NCBI GenBank assembly: GCA_964427715.1
Contig: CAYRUV010000002.1
Span: 85,663-149,662 of the forward strand
Length of the DNA stretch: 64,000 nucleotides
Reading direction: 5' to 3'
DNA from: an uncultured archaeon
Lineage (GTDB): Archaea > Iainarchaeota > Iainarchaeia > Iainarchaeales > VGJJ01
Each line of letters begins with the position of its first letter. Position 1 is the first letter of the stretch. This document shows, piece by piece, positions 25,921 to 35,469 of this stretch. The position numbers and the translations under genes are program-made. A model generated the notes under the pieces. It did not search any database. It saw nothing but the letters and a program-made list of their open reading frames with translations, and was not told the DNA's origin.

Positions 25921-26985
25921 CTACTCTACTTCTAGTTCTACTTGTCCTTTCTTCAGATCCACTTTTTTGACGTGTTTAATTTTGCTTTGGATTTTTTCAA
26001 GTGTTTCTTCGTCGCTCATTTTTTTCTTTCTCGCCTGGTTGGCGGCGTCTAGTAGTTTTTGGATCATTTCATAGTGTTCGTAAATCCATTCTCCGGCGCG
26101 CTGTTTCTGTTTGGCTTCCTCTTCCCATTCTTTTTTCTGTTTCTCTTGTCGGTCGCGGTTGATTTGCAGCGCGTTGCGTTCTTTGTCTTGCTTCTCGTCG
26201 GCTTCTTCATACACGATGGGTTCTTTCGTCAACATTTCTTCGAGTTGGTTCTGGATTTCGTTCATTTTTCCACTCACAACGAGGTTTTCGGCTTCTTTCG
26301 CGTGGGGGAGAATCCAATTTTTTCCTTTTGTGTCTATCCAGTCAAATGTGGTGGGGTTCTCGTTGTATTTTTTCTTGAGCGTCTCGCGGATTGTTTTCCA
26401 ATCATTTTCGGCGAGGGTTTCACTCCAGATGGCGGGAACGCCCACTTGTGTCACGAGCATTCCGGCGATGTTTTTTGATTTTCCAATGGCTGGTATTTCG
26501 GGTGAAAGGGCGTCCCACGAAGGGGGTCCAGGAGGAAACACGTAGGTTTCTCCCCTCTTGAGGGTGCGTGTTTTCCATTCCTTGGGGTTGAGTACGTCTA
26601 GGATTTTGTCTTCGACATCTACGATGACGAGGTTTCCTTCTCCAAATAGTTCGATGATGAGTCGGATGTCTTTGCATTTCATATCGACGATTCGGTCCAT
26701 TCCGTGTTGGGTAATCTTGACTATTTTTTGGTTGTCAAGGAGGTGTTTGGTTCGCTTCACGAATCCCGGTTGGTCTTCGAGCGTGTTCCATTTGTGTCCG
26801 CTTTCAATTAGTATGGATGGGAATTGGATCAACCATTCCATGGTTTGCGTGCGAGATTTCGTTTTAAGTACGAACTTTTCGTCTCCCACGCTTCGTAGGG
26901 ATTGGATGAATGCCCCCGTGGCGCGTTCGTTCCACTCACGTATGAAATAGTGGAGGGTAATGCCGGGGATTTCGACGGGTTTCAT
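25921..26985 (-). CDS. NFACT-N domain protein (Rqc2/FbpA-like, short form)
   Basis: N-terminal pattern ...FVKRTKHLLDNQKIVKITQHGMDRIVDMKCKDIRLIIELFGEGNLVIVD...RTLKRGETYVFPP matches the NFACT-N layout. The C-terminus is coiled-coil, and no DUF814-like end was seen. Confidence 0.6.
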   Translation of the reverse strand: MKPVEIPGITLHYFIREWNERATGAFIQSLRSVGDEKFVLKTKSRTQTMEWLIQFPSILIESGHKWNTLEDQPGFVKRTKHLLDNQKIVKITQHGMDRIVDMKCKDIRLIIELFGEGNLVIVDVEDKILDVLNPKEWKTRTLKRGETYVFPPGPPSWDALSPEIPAIGKSKNIAGMLVTQVGVPAIWSETLAENDWKTIRETLKKKYNENPTTFDWIDTKGKNWILPHAKEAENLVVSGKMNEIQNQLEEMLTKEPIVYEEADEKQDKERNALQINRDRQEKQKKEWEEEAKQKQRAGEWIYEHYEMIQKLLDAANQARKKKMSDEETLEKIQSKIKHVKKVDLKKGQVELEVE

Positions 26986-27001
26986 ACGTGTTCTTTCCTA
27001 C

Positions 27002-27583
27002 TCAGATGAACTGCTCATACGTCTCGGCATTAAAACGATAGAGGGCTCTCTTGAGTTTCTTTCCATCGAAGCGGTATTTCTTGAATACGCTGGATTTGTC
27101 TCCGTAATATTTGAAGAATCCATGTCCTACACTCGGGTCGAGCAAGAGTGTCTTCTCGTTGATTTCCGACATGACCACGGCGTGCGTGCGTAAATCTTCA
27201 AGCTCCATCACATAGACGGCTGCTTTCGCGTCTCCCAATGCACGCAAGGCGGTGCAGAGGAGTACGGCTAGGTCTTCGTCGTCGGATACTTTGTGGGTAA
27301 GGATGTCTTTGGGGGTGAGCCAGATGTTCATGCTCAAATCATTCGGGACATATTTGATTTCACGCGCAATGAATTCAAACACTTGCTGGGCGGCGAAGAG
27401 GTAGTCTCGTTCAAACGTGTAGGGTTCGGGCTTGTATTGAAGTAGTAATGTCTGTATGCTCAGGTCGTCCGGGTTGATGAGTCCCTTTATCTGCTCGATG
27501 CTCCGCTGTTCTTTCTCATTGATGAGCGGGGTGTACTTGTCGAGGATCATCTTGTAAAATGTTAATCGTGAATCCGAGACCAT
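27002..27583 (-). CDS. hypothetical protein (possible transglutaminase-like fold)
   Basis: 193-aa ORF. DDEDLAVLLCTALRALG...THAVVMSE...LLLDPS loosely resembles a Cys-His-Asp transglutaminase-like core. The function call is weak. Confidence 0.4.
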   Translation of the reverse strand: MVSDSRLTFYKMILDKYTPLINEKEQRSIEQIKGLINPDDLSIQTLLLQYKPEPYTFERDYLFAAQQVFEFIAREIKYVPNDLSMNIWLTPKDILTHKVSDDEDLAVLLCTALRALGDAKAAVYVMELEDLRTHAVVMSEINEKTLLLDPSVGHGFFKYYGDKSSVFKKYRFDGKKLKRALYRFNAETYEQFI

Positions 27584-27631
27584 GCATATACATAAGTCGT
27601 TTGGGTCTTTTAACGCTCTCCCTTGGGGGGG

Positions 27632-27640
27632 TTTTTATTT
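27632..27640 (+). promoter_or_regulatory. TATA-like box of the filament operon
   Basis: TTTTTATTT is centred 26 nt upstream of ATG 27662, consistent with a leaderless first gene. Confidence 0.45.
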
Positions 27641-27661
27641 GGGGTTTCGGTGTGTGGGGTC

Positions 27662-28066
27662 ATGAATGCCCGTGCACAGGTGGGGTTGGAATACCTCGTC
27701 TTCACTTCTTTCCTCTTGCTGGTCTCGGCAATCCTCTTCGGGTATTCATTTGTATCCTACTCCACCTCCGTGCAGACCATCCAGACGCAGAAGGCGGTGG
27801 ATGATGTGGCGGCGGCGGTGGATTTTGTGTATGCGAAGGGTCCTGGAAACACGGTCCTTTTGGACGTGCAATTGCCTTCCGGCCTTTCTGAGTTTAGGGT
27901 GGATCAGAATGTGGTCCGAGCTAATTTGGGGCAGGTGGGCGGGACCAGTACTTTTTTTGCATTCACGAAGGTGAAGATGGATCCAACCTATCTCTACTTC
28001 CAAGGGGGCATCTACACGCTGCGTGTGTCCATGGGGGATGTGAATGCGAGCGTGACCAACACATGA
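27662..28066 (+). CDS. pilin-like protein with class III (type IV prepilin-like) signal
   Basis: MNARAQVGLEYLVFTSFLLLVSAILFGY has the (K/R)(G/A)Q...EYL motif plus a hydrophobic helix. 134 aa. ORF-track start 27623 is a TTG. Confidence 0.7.
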   Translation: MNARAQVGLEYLVFTSFLLLVSAILFGYSFVSYSTSVQTIQTQKAVDDVAAAVDFVYAKGPGNTVLLDVQLPSGLSEFRVDQNVVRANLGQVGGTSTFFAFTKVKMDPTYLYFQGGIYTLRVSMGDVNASVTNT

Positions 28067-29667
28067 TTCAGGGTTCCCCCTCTTCGTCTCGGGGGCAGGT
28101 CTCGGCGGAGTATCTCACGGCGGCCATCATTGTACTTTCACTATTTCTGATCGTTTTTCTCTTCACGGAGCAAGTTCGTCTTCAATCATCCACGGCGCAG
28201 GATAATACGTTGGAGTTGGAGGTTTGTACAAAGGTCTCTTCGATCATCACGTACATGAGTTCAAATCCTCCCTATTCGGAGACGCAGTTTGAAGTATCGA
28301 AGGATTTGAATGTGGTGAATGGGAATATTTTTGTCGGGGATATTTTTTGTCCATTCTTGGGGTCGGCATCGAATACCGAGTTGTATGCGGGTATCATTCG
28401 TGCTTTTGATATCAATGGGACGGTCTTGTTCACGAATGATCTGAACTATTCTCCCTTCACTCCCACCGCAGGGGCGCCGGATGCGAATACGGATCAGTCC
28501 GAAGGGCTGATTCTCCTGCTGGATGATCAGGGGGACACGTGGTATTCGGAGGTGCTGGCGGATGATGTTTCGTATGCGGTGTCCACCGACAACTCGACGG
28601 TCGATCCGGACTGGGTGGAGTTCCGCTTCGCCAATGCAGGATTGACGAGCGCGAATCAGCCGACGAGCGTGGAGGTGTTAATCAAGCATTTTGAGTCCTA
28701 TCACGTGGGGTTGGGTGGAAGCAAGTCGATGGTGCAGTGCTACAATGGCGGGTCGTGGGTGGATATCAACGCCTACAGTCCGAGCTTCACGGAGGATTTT
28801 TACACGTCCCCCAATCTCGCGTGGTGCATTTCGGATTGGAATCTCGTGAATAATGCACGTGTTCGTATGACGTATGAGCCGACGGGGGCCAATCATACTA
28901 TTTCGATTGACTATGCGCGGTTAGACGTGGACTACACGCAGGATGGAATACTGCTCAATCTGTGGGATCATTCTCTGGATGTTCCACAGCCGGTGGATTT
29001 CTCAACGGATGTGAATAGTTCCGCCAACACGTTCGGGCCCGGTGCGGGGAATGATGGGTGGGACTGGAACAAGAATTCGTTTGGGGGAAGTCTTTCCTCA
29101 TCGGTTCAGTTCAATTCGGATCCCAATTACGATGGGAGTATTTTGGATAGCAATGTGGACGTGTCGAATCGTCTCGAGATTAAACTGGGGGGAAATATCG
29201 CCGGTTCTCCTTCCGACCCCGATGATAATTCTTCTGTAGGTCCGGTCGTGAGTGGGGCCTATGGTATTCAATTTGACGTGAATGCGGATGTGTACACCGC
29301 GCTCCAATCGCCGGGGGCGCAGCTCTTGTTGAGTTTTACCTATTACACGGACGCGGATGCGGCGTGGGGCAATGCATTGGATGCGGGGGAGGAGGCGTGG
29401 GTGAAGGCGCGCTTTGGGAATTCCTCCACGATGTCCTACTTAGGGAGTGCGCTCGATGCCAGTGACAACGATGGGGATTCCACGAATGAAATCTGGTGGA
29501 TGGATGAGCCTGCTGATGATGTCGAGTTTTTCTTGCAGGATGTGTCAGGGTACGTCACGGGCCCTGGCGCGTATTATTTGGAGATCGGGGTTGCTCTTTC
29601 TGATTGGGATGTGTCGACGGAGGGGTTCGGCATGTATTTAGATAACATCAACCTGGTGGTGGTCTGA
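28063..29667 (+). CDS. large pilin-like protein (534 aa) with class III signal
   Basis: SSRGQVSAEYLTAAIIVLSLFLIVFLF at the N-terminus, with an ATGA overlap onto the previous gene. The large beta-rich C-terminal region belongs to no family I recognise. Confidence 0.7.
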   Translation: MIQGSPSSSRGQVSAEYLTAAIIVLSLFLIVFLFTEQVRLQSSTAQDNTLELEVCTKVSSIITYMSSNPPYSETQFEVSKDLNVVNGNIFVGDIFCPFLGSASNTELYAGIIRAFDINGTVLFTNDLNYSPFTPTAGAPDANTDQSEGLILLLDDQGDTWYSEVLADDVSYAVSTDNSTVDPDWVEFRFANAGLTSANQPTSVEVLIKHFESYHVGLGGSKSMVQCYNGGSWVDINAYSPSFTEDFYTSPNLAWCISDWNLVNNARVRMTYEPTGANHTISIDYARLDVDYTQDGILLNLWDHSLDVPQPVDFSTDVNSSANTFGPGAGNDGWDWNKNSFGGSLSSSVQFNSDPNYDGSILDSNVDVSNRLEIKLGGNIAGSPSDPDDNSSVGPVVSGAYGIQFDVNADVYTALQSPGAQLLLSFTYYTDADAAWGNALDAGEEAWVKARFGNSSTMSYLGSALDASDNDGDSTNEIWWMDEPADDVEFFLQDVSGYVTGPGAYYLEIGVALSDWDVSTEGFGMYLDNINLVVV

Positions 29668-30824
29668 TGCCGGGCGACGAAAATACGCTTCCATTTCGTT
29701 TTGACTTGAAATGGCTCATCGGTCCGTTTGCGATTATTGGGGTGGCGGCGTTTCTGATTCTTTTTTTCCCTGTTCCTGAGATTACGTCTCCATCGGTGGT
29801 TGAAACGCCTCCTCAACCGATTCTTGTCACTCCTCTCGTGGATGTAGCGGCGGCCAAGGAGGCGGCGCTGCTGCAGTGTACGCATGAATATGTATGTTCT
29901 GCGTCGGATTGTCTCGAGAAAGTGTTGACGCATGTGGATTCGGCCTCGGTTCGCATCGATGCGGTGCTTCGTACGCCGGCGCCGAAGGAGTTTCGAGATC
30001 GCTTACGCATGGCGATTAAGCGCGGGGTGGTGGTCAATCTGGTGCTGGATTCGACGCTCAATCCTAAGTTTTTCTTGGAGGGGGCGAATATTCGCGTGAA
30101 GAAGATATCTCAGTTTGTGGCGACCAACTATTTGATTGTGGATCGTTCCGTGGTCGTGTATGGGAGCGATTCTAAAGTCTACGCGCAGCCTCCTGATGTG
30201 CTGCGGGTCGTGTGTGAGGAGCACGAGACGGAGCCCTACGTCTCATTGTTTGATCGCATCTGGGAAAAGGAATCGTCCTCTTTCACCTCCGAGACGGAGG
30301 AGGAAGAGGTTCTCGACGATAGTGAGCTCACGATTCCTTCGGAGGCATCTTCGTGTCAAGAAAGTGCATGCGGTCCGGACACATTTACGTGTGATGGTAC
30401 AACAAAGGTGTGGCAGGATTACCATTGCGATGGTTCCTGCGTCTACACGATTCTCCCTCTCTATTTCAGCCAGGAGTGTGGGTACACGAATCCGGGATTC
30501 GGTCCGGATGGGGAGCCGTTGATTGTTATTACGGAGACGGAGGTCGACGAGGGGCAGGTCGCGCAGGAGTTCATTGAGTTTACTTCCCTTCAATCGCTCG
30601 AGTTGTCGAATTTTACGTTGTTGAAGGACGGAGAATTGCTCATCACGTTTCCTTCTCCGTACATCCTGGACGGGTCTGCTAAGGTGTACACGGGTCCAGG
30701 CATCTCCACGACGAGTATCATTTACTTGAGTCAATCGGCCGCGTTGTGGAAAACGCCTGGCACCACTGCAACGTTGTTGAATCCCGATGGTGTGGTCGTG
30801 GTCACGCAGACGTTTGAGGGATGA
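29667..30824 (+). CDS. membrane-anchored protein with a degenerate PLD-like domain and a C-terminal lamin-tail-like domain (LTD)
   Basis: TM helix LIGPFAIIGVAAFLILFF. The PLD-like region (about 29889-30266: VRIDAVL...AIKRGVVVNLVLD...ATNYLIVDRSVVVYGSDS) lacks the H and K of HxK. A Cys-rich linker follows. The LTD-like end (about 30516-30821) reads EFIEFTSLQSLELSNFTLLKDGELLITFP...LWKTPGTTATLLNPDGVVV. Confidence 0.55.
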   Translation: MPGDENTLPFRFDLKWLIGPFAIIGVAAFLILFFPVPEITSPSVVETPPQPILVTPLVDVAAAKEAALLQCTHEYVCSASDCLEKVLTHVDSASVRIDAVLRTPAPKEFRDRLRMAIKRGVVVNLVLDSTLNPKFFLEGANIRVKKISQFVATNYLIVDRSVVVYGSDSKVYAQPPDVLRVVCEEHETEPYVSLFDRIWEKESSSFTSETEEEEVLDDSELTIPSEASSCQESACGPDTFTCDGTTKVWQDYHCDGSCVYTILPLYFSQECGYTNPGFGPDGEPLIVITETEVDEGQVAQEFIEFTSLQSLELSNFTLLKDGELLITFPSPYILDGSAKVYTGPGISTTSIIYLSQSAALWKTPGTTATLLNPDGVVVVTQTFEG

Positions 30825-30827
30825 ATC

Positions 30828-31316
30828 ATGCGCAATGCTCAGGCTAGTTTACCGGATCTCCTTTTCGCGACGTTCCTTTTCTTCATTCTTCTCGCGGGTC
30901 TGTATTACTACACGCAGTCTTTACAGTCCGAGGCGCAGGAGCGGTTGGATCGTCGCACGTTGGATGTCCTTTCTTCGAATCTTGCCGAGTTCATCATCAA
31001 GAACCCCGGGACGCCGGTCAATTGGCACGAATTGTCGGATCAGAATCAGATTGTGCAGATCGGTCTTGCGCAAAAGGATCGAGTGTTGAATCCTGAAAAG
31101 GTGGTGGCGCTCGTGAACATGGGAAATTTGGATTATGCGAACACGAAGACGAGGCTGCACCTGCCCTATTACGAGTTCTATATGACTTTTTCCGGGGGGG
31201 TTGACCTCGAGACGGGAATCGAACCCTCTGCCAATAAGAACGCGAGCGTGGTGCAACGATTGGTTACCATTGATGGGGTGGAAACGACCTTCACGCTGAC
31301 CCTGTATGAGCCCTAA
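30828..31316 (+). CDS. pilin-like protein (162 aa)
   Basis: MRNAQASLPDLLFATFLFFILLAGLYYY has a class-III-signal-like N-terminus. Confidence 0.6.
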   Translation: MRNAQASLPDLLFATFLFFILLAGLYYYTQSLQSEAQERLDRRTLDVLSSNLAEFIIKNPGTPVNWHELSDQNQIVQIGLAQKDRVLNPEKVVALVNMGNLDYANTKTRLHLPYYEFYMTFSGGVDLETGIEPSANKNASVVQRLVTIDGVETTFTLTLYEP

Positions 31317-34300
31317 TGTCTCTCCTCATTCCCGCCGCGGTTTCGCGTTCAGTGCGGATATCATCTTAGCCCTGGTTCTCGTGATTGGAATTCTCGTCTT
31401 CATTAGTGATTTCAATCCCCAATCGACGGATTTGGAGGAGCGTCGCATCACGGATCAGTATGTGGATGATTTGTTCGTTTCGCTGGACCACTCTGGGTAT
31501 GTGGCAAAGGAAATCGACACGAATGGGTTTTCGGGGGTGACGCTCCAGAATATTTACGGCAAGGCTCAATCCCTGCTGCCGGGTTCGTATGATTTTTACT
31601 TGCAAATGAAGAGTTATCCGGTGGATATCAATGCATGCCGCAATAGTGCGGATTTTGATTCGTGTTTTCCGGATGCGAATGTACAGTCTCTCTCACTTGG
31701 GACTCCTCTTCCGACGAATGCGCCTTTCATTCATGGGCGAAGGGTTTTTCTGAAGCAGCAGCCGGCGTCGCAGTGCACGGGTGCGTTGTCGGGTCCTTCG
31801 AATCCGAATCCATTTGATCTCTTTTCTAATTCCCCGTATGCCGCGTTGCAGTCGACGGATTTGAATATTCAGTTCGATGTAAACGTGTCTCCAGCCGGTC
31901 CATGGACGTGCGATCAGAACATCACGGTGTCGTTGTCCGTGGTGTCAAATACCGGGGCGAGGAAGGCCGTGGATATGGTTCTCGTTTTCGATCGTTCCGG
32001 TAGTATGAGCTATGATTACCTCCTCGACACGACGGATGCTCAGGCATTGGACTTGGATGGGAACAATGTCTTCGTGGCGGATGCCGGTTCGGGTTTGCGT
32101 GATATTAATGCGATTGATCCTGCTCTCACCACCTTGTTGGGAACGTACAACTCTCCCGGCACGGCTCGTGATGTGGATGTGGCGAGCGGGTATGCGTTTC
32201 TCGCAGATGGAACGTCCGGTTTGCGTGTCGTGAATGTAAACACCCCTGCGTCTCCCTCTTCCGTGGCTCAATTGCTCGTAGGGGGGGATGCCTATGGGGT
32301 GGCGTCCAATGGGAATGACACGTTTGTGGCCACGTATGGGACGGACACGAGCGATATTACTAACACGGGGACGGGAAACAACGAGCTGTATATCGGTCGG
32401 ACTGCCTCTCAATTGACGGGGGCTCAGTCCTTTCAGCCGACGGTGGCGATGATATCCGGGGTGGCGGTCACCGTGTTGAAGACGGGAAGTCCAAGCGGAA
32501 ATCTGACGGTGAGTATTCGCAGTTCCATCTCGGGGAGTGATCTTGCTTCGGCCACCATTGCATCCTCCAGTGTCACATCCTCTTATCAAACGCTCACGGC
32601 CACATTCACGAATGCATTGGGTGTGACGCCGGGTTCGACGTATTATATTGTTCTCTCCACCTCCGCGACGAGCAGTTCTAATTATTACGAATGGAGGGGG
32701 AGCAATAGCAGTTCGTATTCTGGGGGACAGGCCTACCAAAACACTACCAGTCAGAATTGGGATGCACGGTTCGAGACCTATCTCATTAATGGTCTGGTCA
32801 AGGTCAATACAACTACCAAATCCTCTCCCGTGGTGGTGGGGGCCTACGCGCTGTCGGATCCCTGGAGGATTCATCTCGTGGGAACTACTGCCTACGTGTC
32901 GGACGGTTCATCGGGGTTGAAAATATTTGATGTGAGTGGGAACACGCCTTCCTTGACGGGGACGTATAATACGTCCGGAAACGCCTATGATGCGGTGGTC
33001 TCGGGCTCGTATGCGTATGTGTCGGATGGTTCCGCGGGGTTGCGGGTGGTGAACATTTCCACTCCCTCGTCTCCCACGCTGAGTGCGACCTACAACACGC
33101 CAGGTACAGCGTACGCGACGCGACTGAATGGGGGTTATGCGTACGTGGCGGATGGGAGTTCGATACAGGTCATCAACATCTCAACTCCCACTTCTCCAGT
33201 GTTCGTTAAAAGCTACTCCACTCCTTGGAATTATCGCGACATGGAAGTTCGAGTTGTGGATGGGGTGACGTGGGGGTATTTGGCGATTGATAATTCTCTT
33301 GAAGGGTTGGCCACGGTGAATTTGGACACGGGGCCCAAAATCAATCAGGCACAGGTGGCGGCGACGTCATTTGTAGACTTCAATGGATGGGATTCGAATA
33401 ATGATCAGATGGGGTTTGTGAGTTATTCGAGCTCGGCGACCACGGACCAGCAGTTGACGAAGACGTATTCTCTTGTCAAGAGTGACATCAACGCCACCGT
33501 GGCCACGGGTGGAACGGCCACGGGTGATGGGATCAATGCGGCCTCGTCTGAATTGAATAGTGTTCGTCACAATCCGGCCGCGCTCAAGTTTCAAATTCTC
33601 ATGTCGGATGGTCTGACGAATGCCGGGGCCAATTCCTCGACGGCGGCCATCAACGCCGACAACAATGGGATTGTTATCTACACGATTGGGTTTGGTAAGG
33701 ATGCGGATGCCTCCGAGTTGTCGAACATCGCGACCATCACGGGGGGAAAATACTACCAGGCTAGTGATCAGGATGCGTTGATTGATGTCTACAGTCTGAT
33801 TGCCCAGGACATCCAGCTCATCGCGACGGATGCGAACATCGTAGCAGGGTTAGAGGATGGAATTACAATTGTGAGTGACGGAAACGGATTTCTCGTGGGG
33901 GGCGATATCCAGTTCGACATCAACACGCAAACGCCTCCTCCGTGGGTGGCGACGTACACGTTCAATATTCCGTGTACGGAAACGTTAGCCTGTTCCTCTA
34001 CTCTTCTTTCGGTGCCGAGTCCCGGGACGCATTTCGAATATGTGGATGTGAATGGGGTCACGCAGGAGCAGTCGTGGGACATCTTCTCGACGCAGTCATT
34101 CAATTATCGCGATCTCAACATCAGTATTCTATCTGGTGACTTAGTGGGTCCCTCGAACACGGACTTAACGGTTCTCGTGCAGAGTTTAGGGACGCTGGAC
34201 ACGAACTCCTCGTCGGTTTCGTTCTATCAAGGGGCGCCTCCCACGAATCTCCTCTCGACGGTGTCCATTCCCTCGTTGTGTGGTCAGTTGAATCCGGGGT

Positions 34301-34482
34301 GCGTGTCGTATTCGTACCAGTTCACGCAGAATGTGCAGGCGGAGGGGGAGTTGTATGCCGTGGTGAACCCGGATGGGGACATTCCTGAGTGTACGTACAA
34401 CGACCAGGATCTCATCTTTTGTTACTATACGCCCTCCACGCAGTTTTTCGCGTTGGAATACTGGGCGTGGCAGCGGGGGTGA
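31306..34482 (+). CDS. giant pilin-like adhesin (1,058 aa): prepilin-like N-terminus, VWA domain interrupted by an LVIVD-type beta-propeller
   Basis: HSRRGFAFSADIILALVLVIGILVFI at the N-terminus. MIDAS DRSGSMS is at 31990-32010. Seven LVIVD-like blades (for example GNAYDAVVSGSYAYVSDGSAGLRVVNISTPSSP) follow. The rest of the VWA lies at about 33340-33813 (MGFVSYSS...GGTATGDGI...ILMSDGLTN...IYTIGFG). Confidence 0.8.
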   Translation: MSPNVSPHSRRGFAFSADIILALVLVIGILVFISDFNPQSTDLEERRITDQYVDDLFVSLDHSGYVAKEIDTNGFSGVTLQNIYGKAQSLLPGSYDFYLQMKSYPVDINACRNSADFDSCFPDANVQSLSLGTPLPTNAPFIHGRRVFLKQQPASQCTGALSGPSNPNPFDLFSNSPYAALQSTDLNIQFDVNVSPAGPWTCDQNITVSLSVVSNTGARKAVDMVLVFDRSGSMSYDYLLDTTDAQALDLDGNNVFVADAGSGLRDINAIDPALTTLLGTYNSPGTARDVDVASGYAFLADGTSGLRVVNVNTPASPSSVAQLLVGGDAYGVASNGNDTFVATYGTDTSDITNTGTGNNELYIGRTASQLTGAQSFQPTVAMISGVAVTVLKTGSPSGNLTVSIRSSISGSDLASATIASSSVTSSYQTLTATFTNALGVTPGSTYYIVLSTSATSSSNYYEWRGSNSSSYSGGQAYQNTTSQNWDARFETYLINGLVKVNTTTKSSPVVVGAYALSDPWRIHLVGTTAYVSDGSSGLKIFDVSGNTPSLTGTYNTSGNAYDAVVSGSYAYVSDGSAGLRVVNISTPSSPTLSATYNTPGTAYATRLNGGYAYVADGSSIQVINISTPTSPVFVKSYSTPWNYRDMEVRVVDGVTWGYLAIDNSLEGLATVNLDTGPKINQAQVAATSFVDFNGWDSNNDQMGFVSYSSSATTDQQLTKTYSLVKSDINATVATGGTATGDGINAASSELNSVRHNPAALKFQILMSDGLTNAGANSSTAAINADNNGIVIYTIGFGKDADASELSNIATITGGKYYQASDQDALIDVYSLIAQDIQLIATDANIVAGLEDGITIVSDGNGFLVGGDIQFDINTQTPPPWVATYTFNIPCTETLACSSTLLSVPSPGTHFEYVDVNGVTQEQSWDIFSTQSFNYRDLNISILSGDLVGPSNTDLTVLVQSLGTLDTNSSSVSFYQGAPPTNLLSTVSIPSLCGQLNPGCVSYSYQFTQNVQAEGELYAVVNPDGDIPECTYNDQDLIFCYYTPSTQFFALEYWAWQRG

Positions 34483-35469
34483 ATGGGTATGAATTGTCGC
34501 GGGGTATTTTTCACGTTTCTCTCGTTCATTTTGATTGGGGTAATCCTCTCCCTCTTGTTGTTTTCCTCCTCGTCCAATCAGCGGTTTTCGGAGACCACCA
34601 TCGAGGTTTCGGTGTTGAATGCCATTAATGCAAAATACGACGATATCACGGACGACATCATCACGCTGGATCCCACCATCGGTCTTCCAGGGATTCAGCA
34701 GAGAATTCTCCCGTTCACGTATGAGGAGGATGGCAACACCCTTTCCATTTCCCAGACACTTCCCATTTCCAGTGGAAAATTAGCGTTGTATTTTGACCTA
34801 ATTAACGCGTATCGGGTGTTTGTGGAGGACCTGAACACCCAGCAGACTTTTGATGGGGTGACCGTGGACTTGAATGTGCCCACTCCTGCCTCCTGGGGTG
34901 GGACGTCTTCTTTGTCGGCGGGGTTCAATATTCTCCCGCAGTGTCTTCAGTATCGGATTGAGGACACGAACAACGTGTCGTTTTCTTCCGAATCATTCAT
35001 CGGCTGTGCGAATGACTTCTCGTTGTCTTCTATTCGGCGGATTGACATCAATGTTTCGCTTCCCACGGGGACGGATGACTACAACAGTGTCTCGTGTTCG
35101 TTCTCCGGGGGGTGTCCGCATCAGGATTACAATGCAGATTTAGGTCCCTATTTCACGTTGCGCTTCTTGGATTCGAACTGCACTTCTTGTGTGGTGTCGG
35201 CGTCGGATCAATTCATCTATGGTCACTTTGACTCGGATCCACAGACGATTGTGTTTGCGTGCACGGGCGGAAGTTGTGAGTCGTTGCCCATTACGCTTCT
35301 GTTTGGGAATGCTCTCCACGTCTCGCACGGGGGTTCTCCGGTGGTGATTGAGGCGGCGGTGACGTTCAATGAGGACATCTCCACATTCTACTATCAGGAT
35401 GCGAACTACACGGCGCGCAAGACGGGTTTCAACACGTATAAAAGCAATGTCGTGGTGTTTCCCACATGA
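34483..35469 (+). CDS. pilin-like protein (328 aa)
   Basis: MGMNCRGVFFTFLSFILIGVILSLLLF. The start abuts the previous stop (TGAATG). Confidence 0.6.
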   Translation: MGMNCRGVFFTFLSFILIGVILSLLLFSSSSNQRFSETTIEVSVLNAINAKYDDITDDIITLDPTIGLPGIQQRILPFTYEEDGNTLSISQTLPISSGKLALYFDLINAYRVFVEDLNTQQTFDGVTVDLNVPTPASWGGTSSLSAGFNILPQCLQYRIEDTNNVSFSSESFIGCANDFSLSSIRRIDINVSLPTGTDDYNSVSCSFSGGCPHQDYNADLGPYFTLRFLDSNCTSCVVSASDQFIYGHFDSDPQTIVFACTGGSCESLPITLLFGNALHVSHGGSPVVIEAAVTFNEDISTFYYQDANYTARKTGFNTYKSNVVVFPT

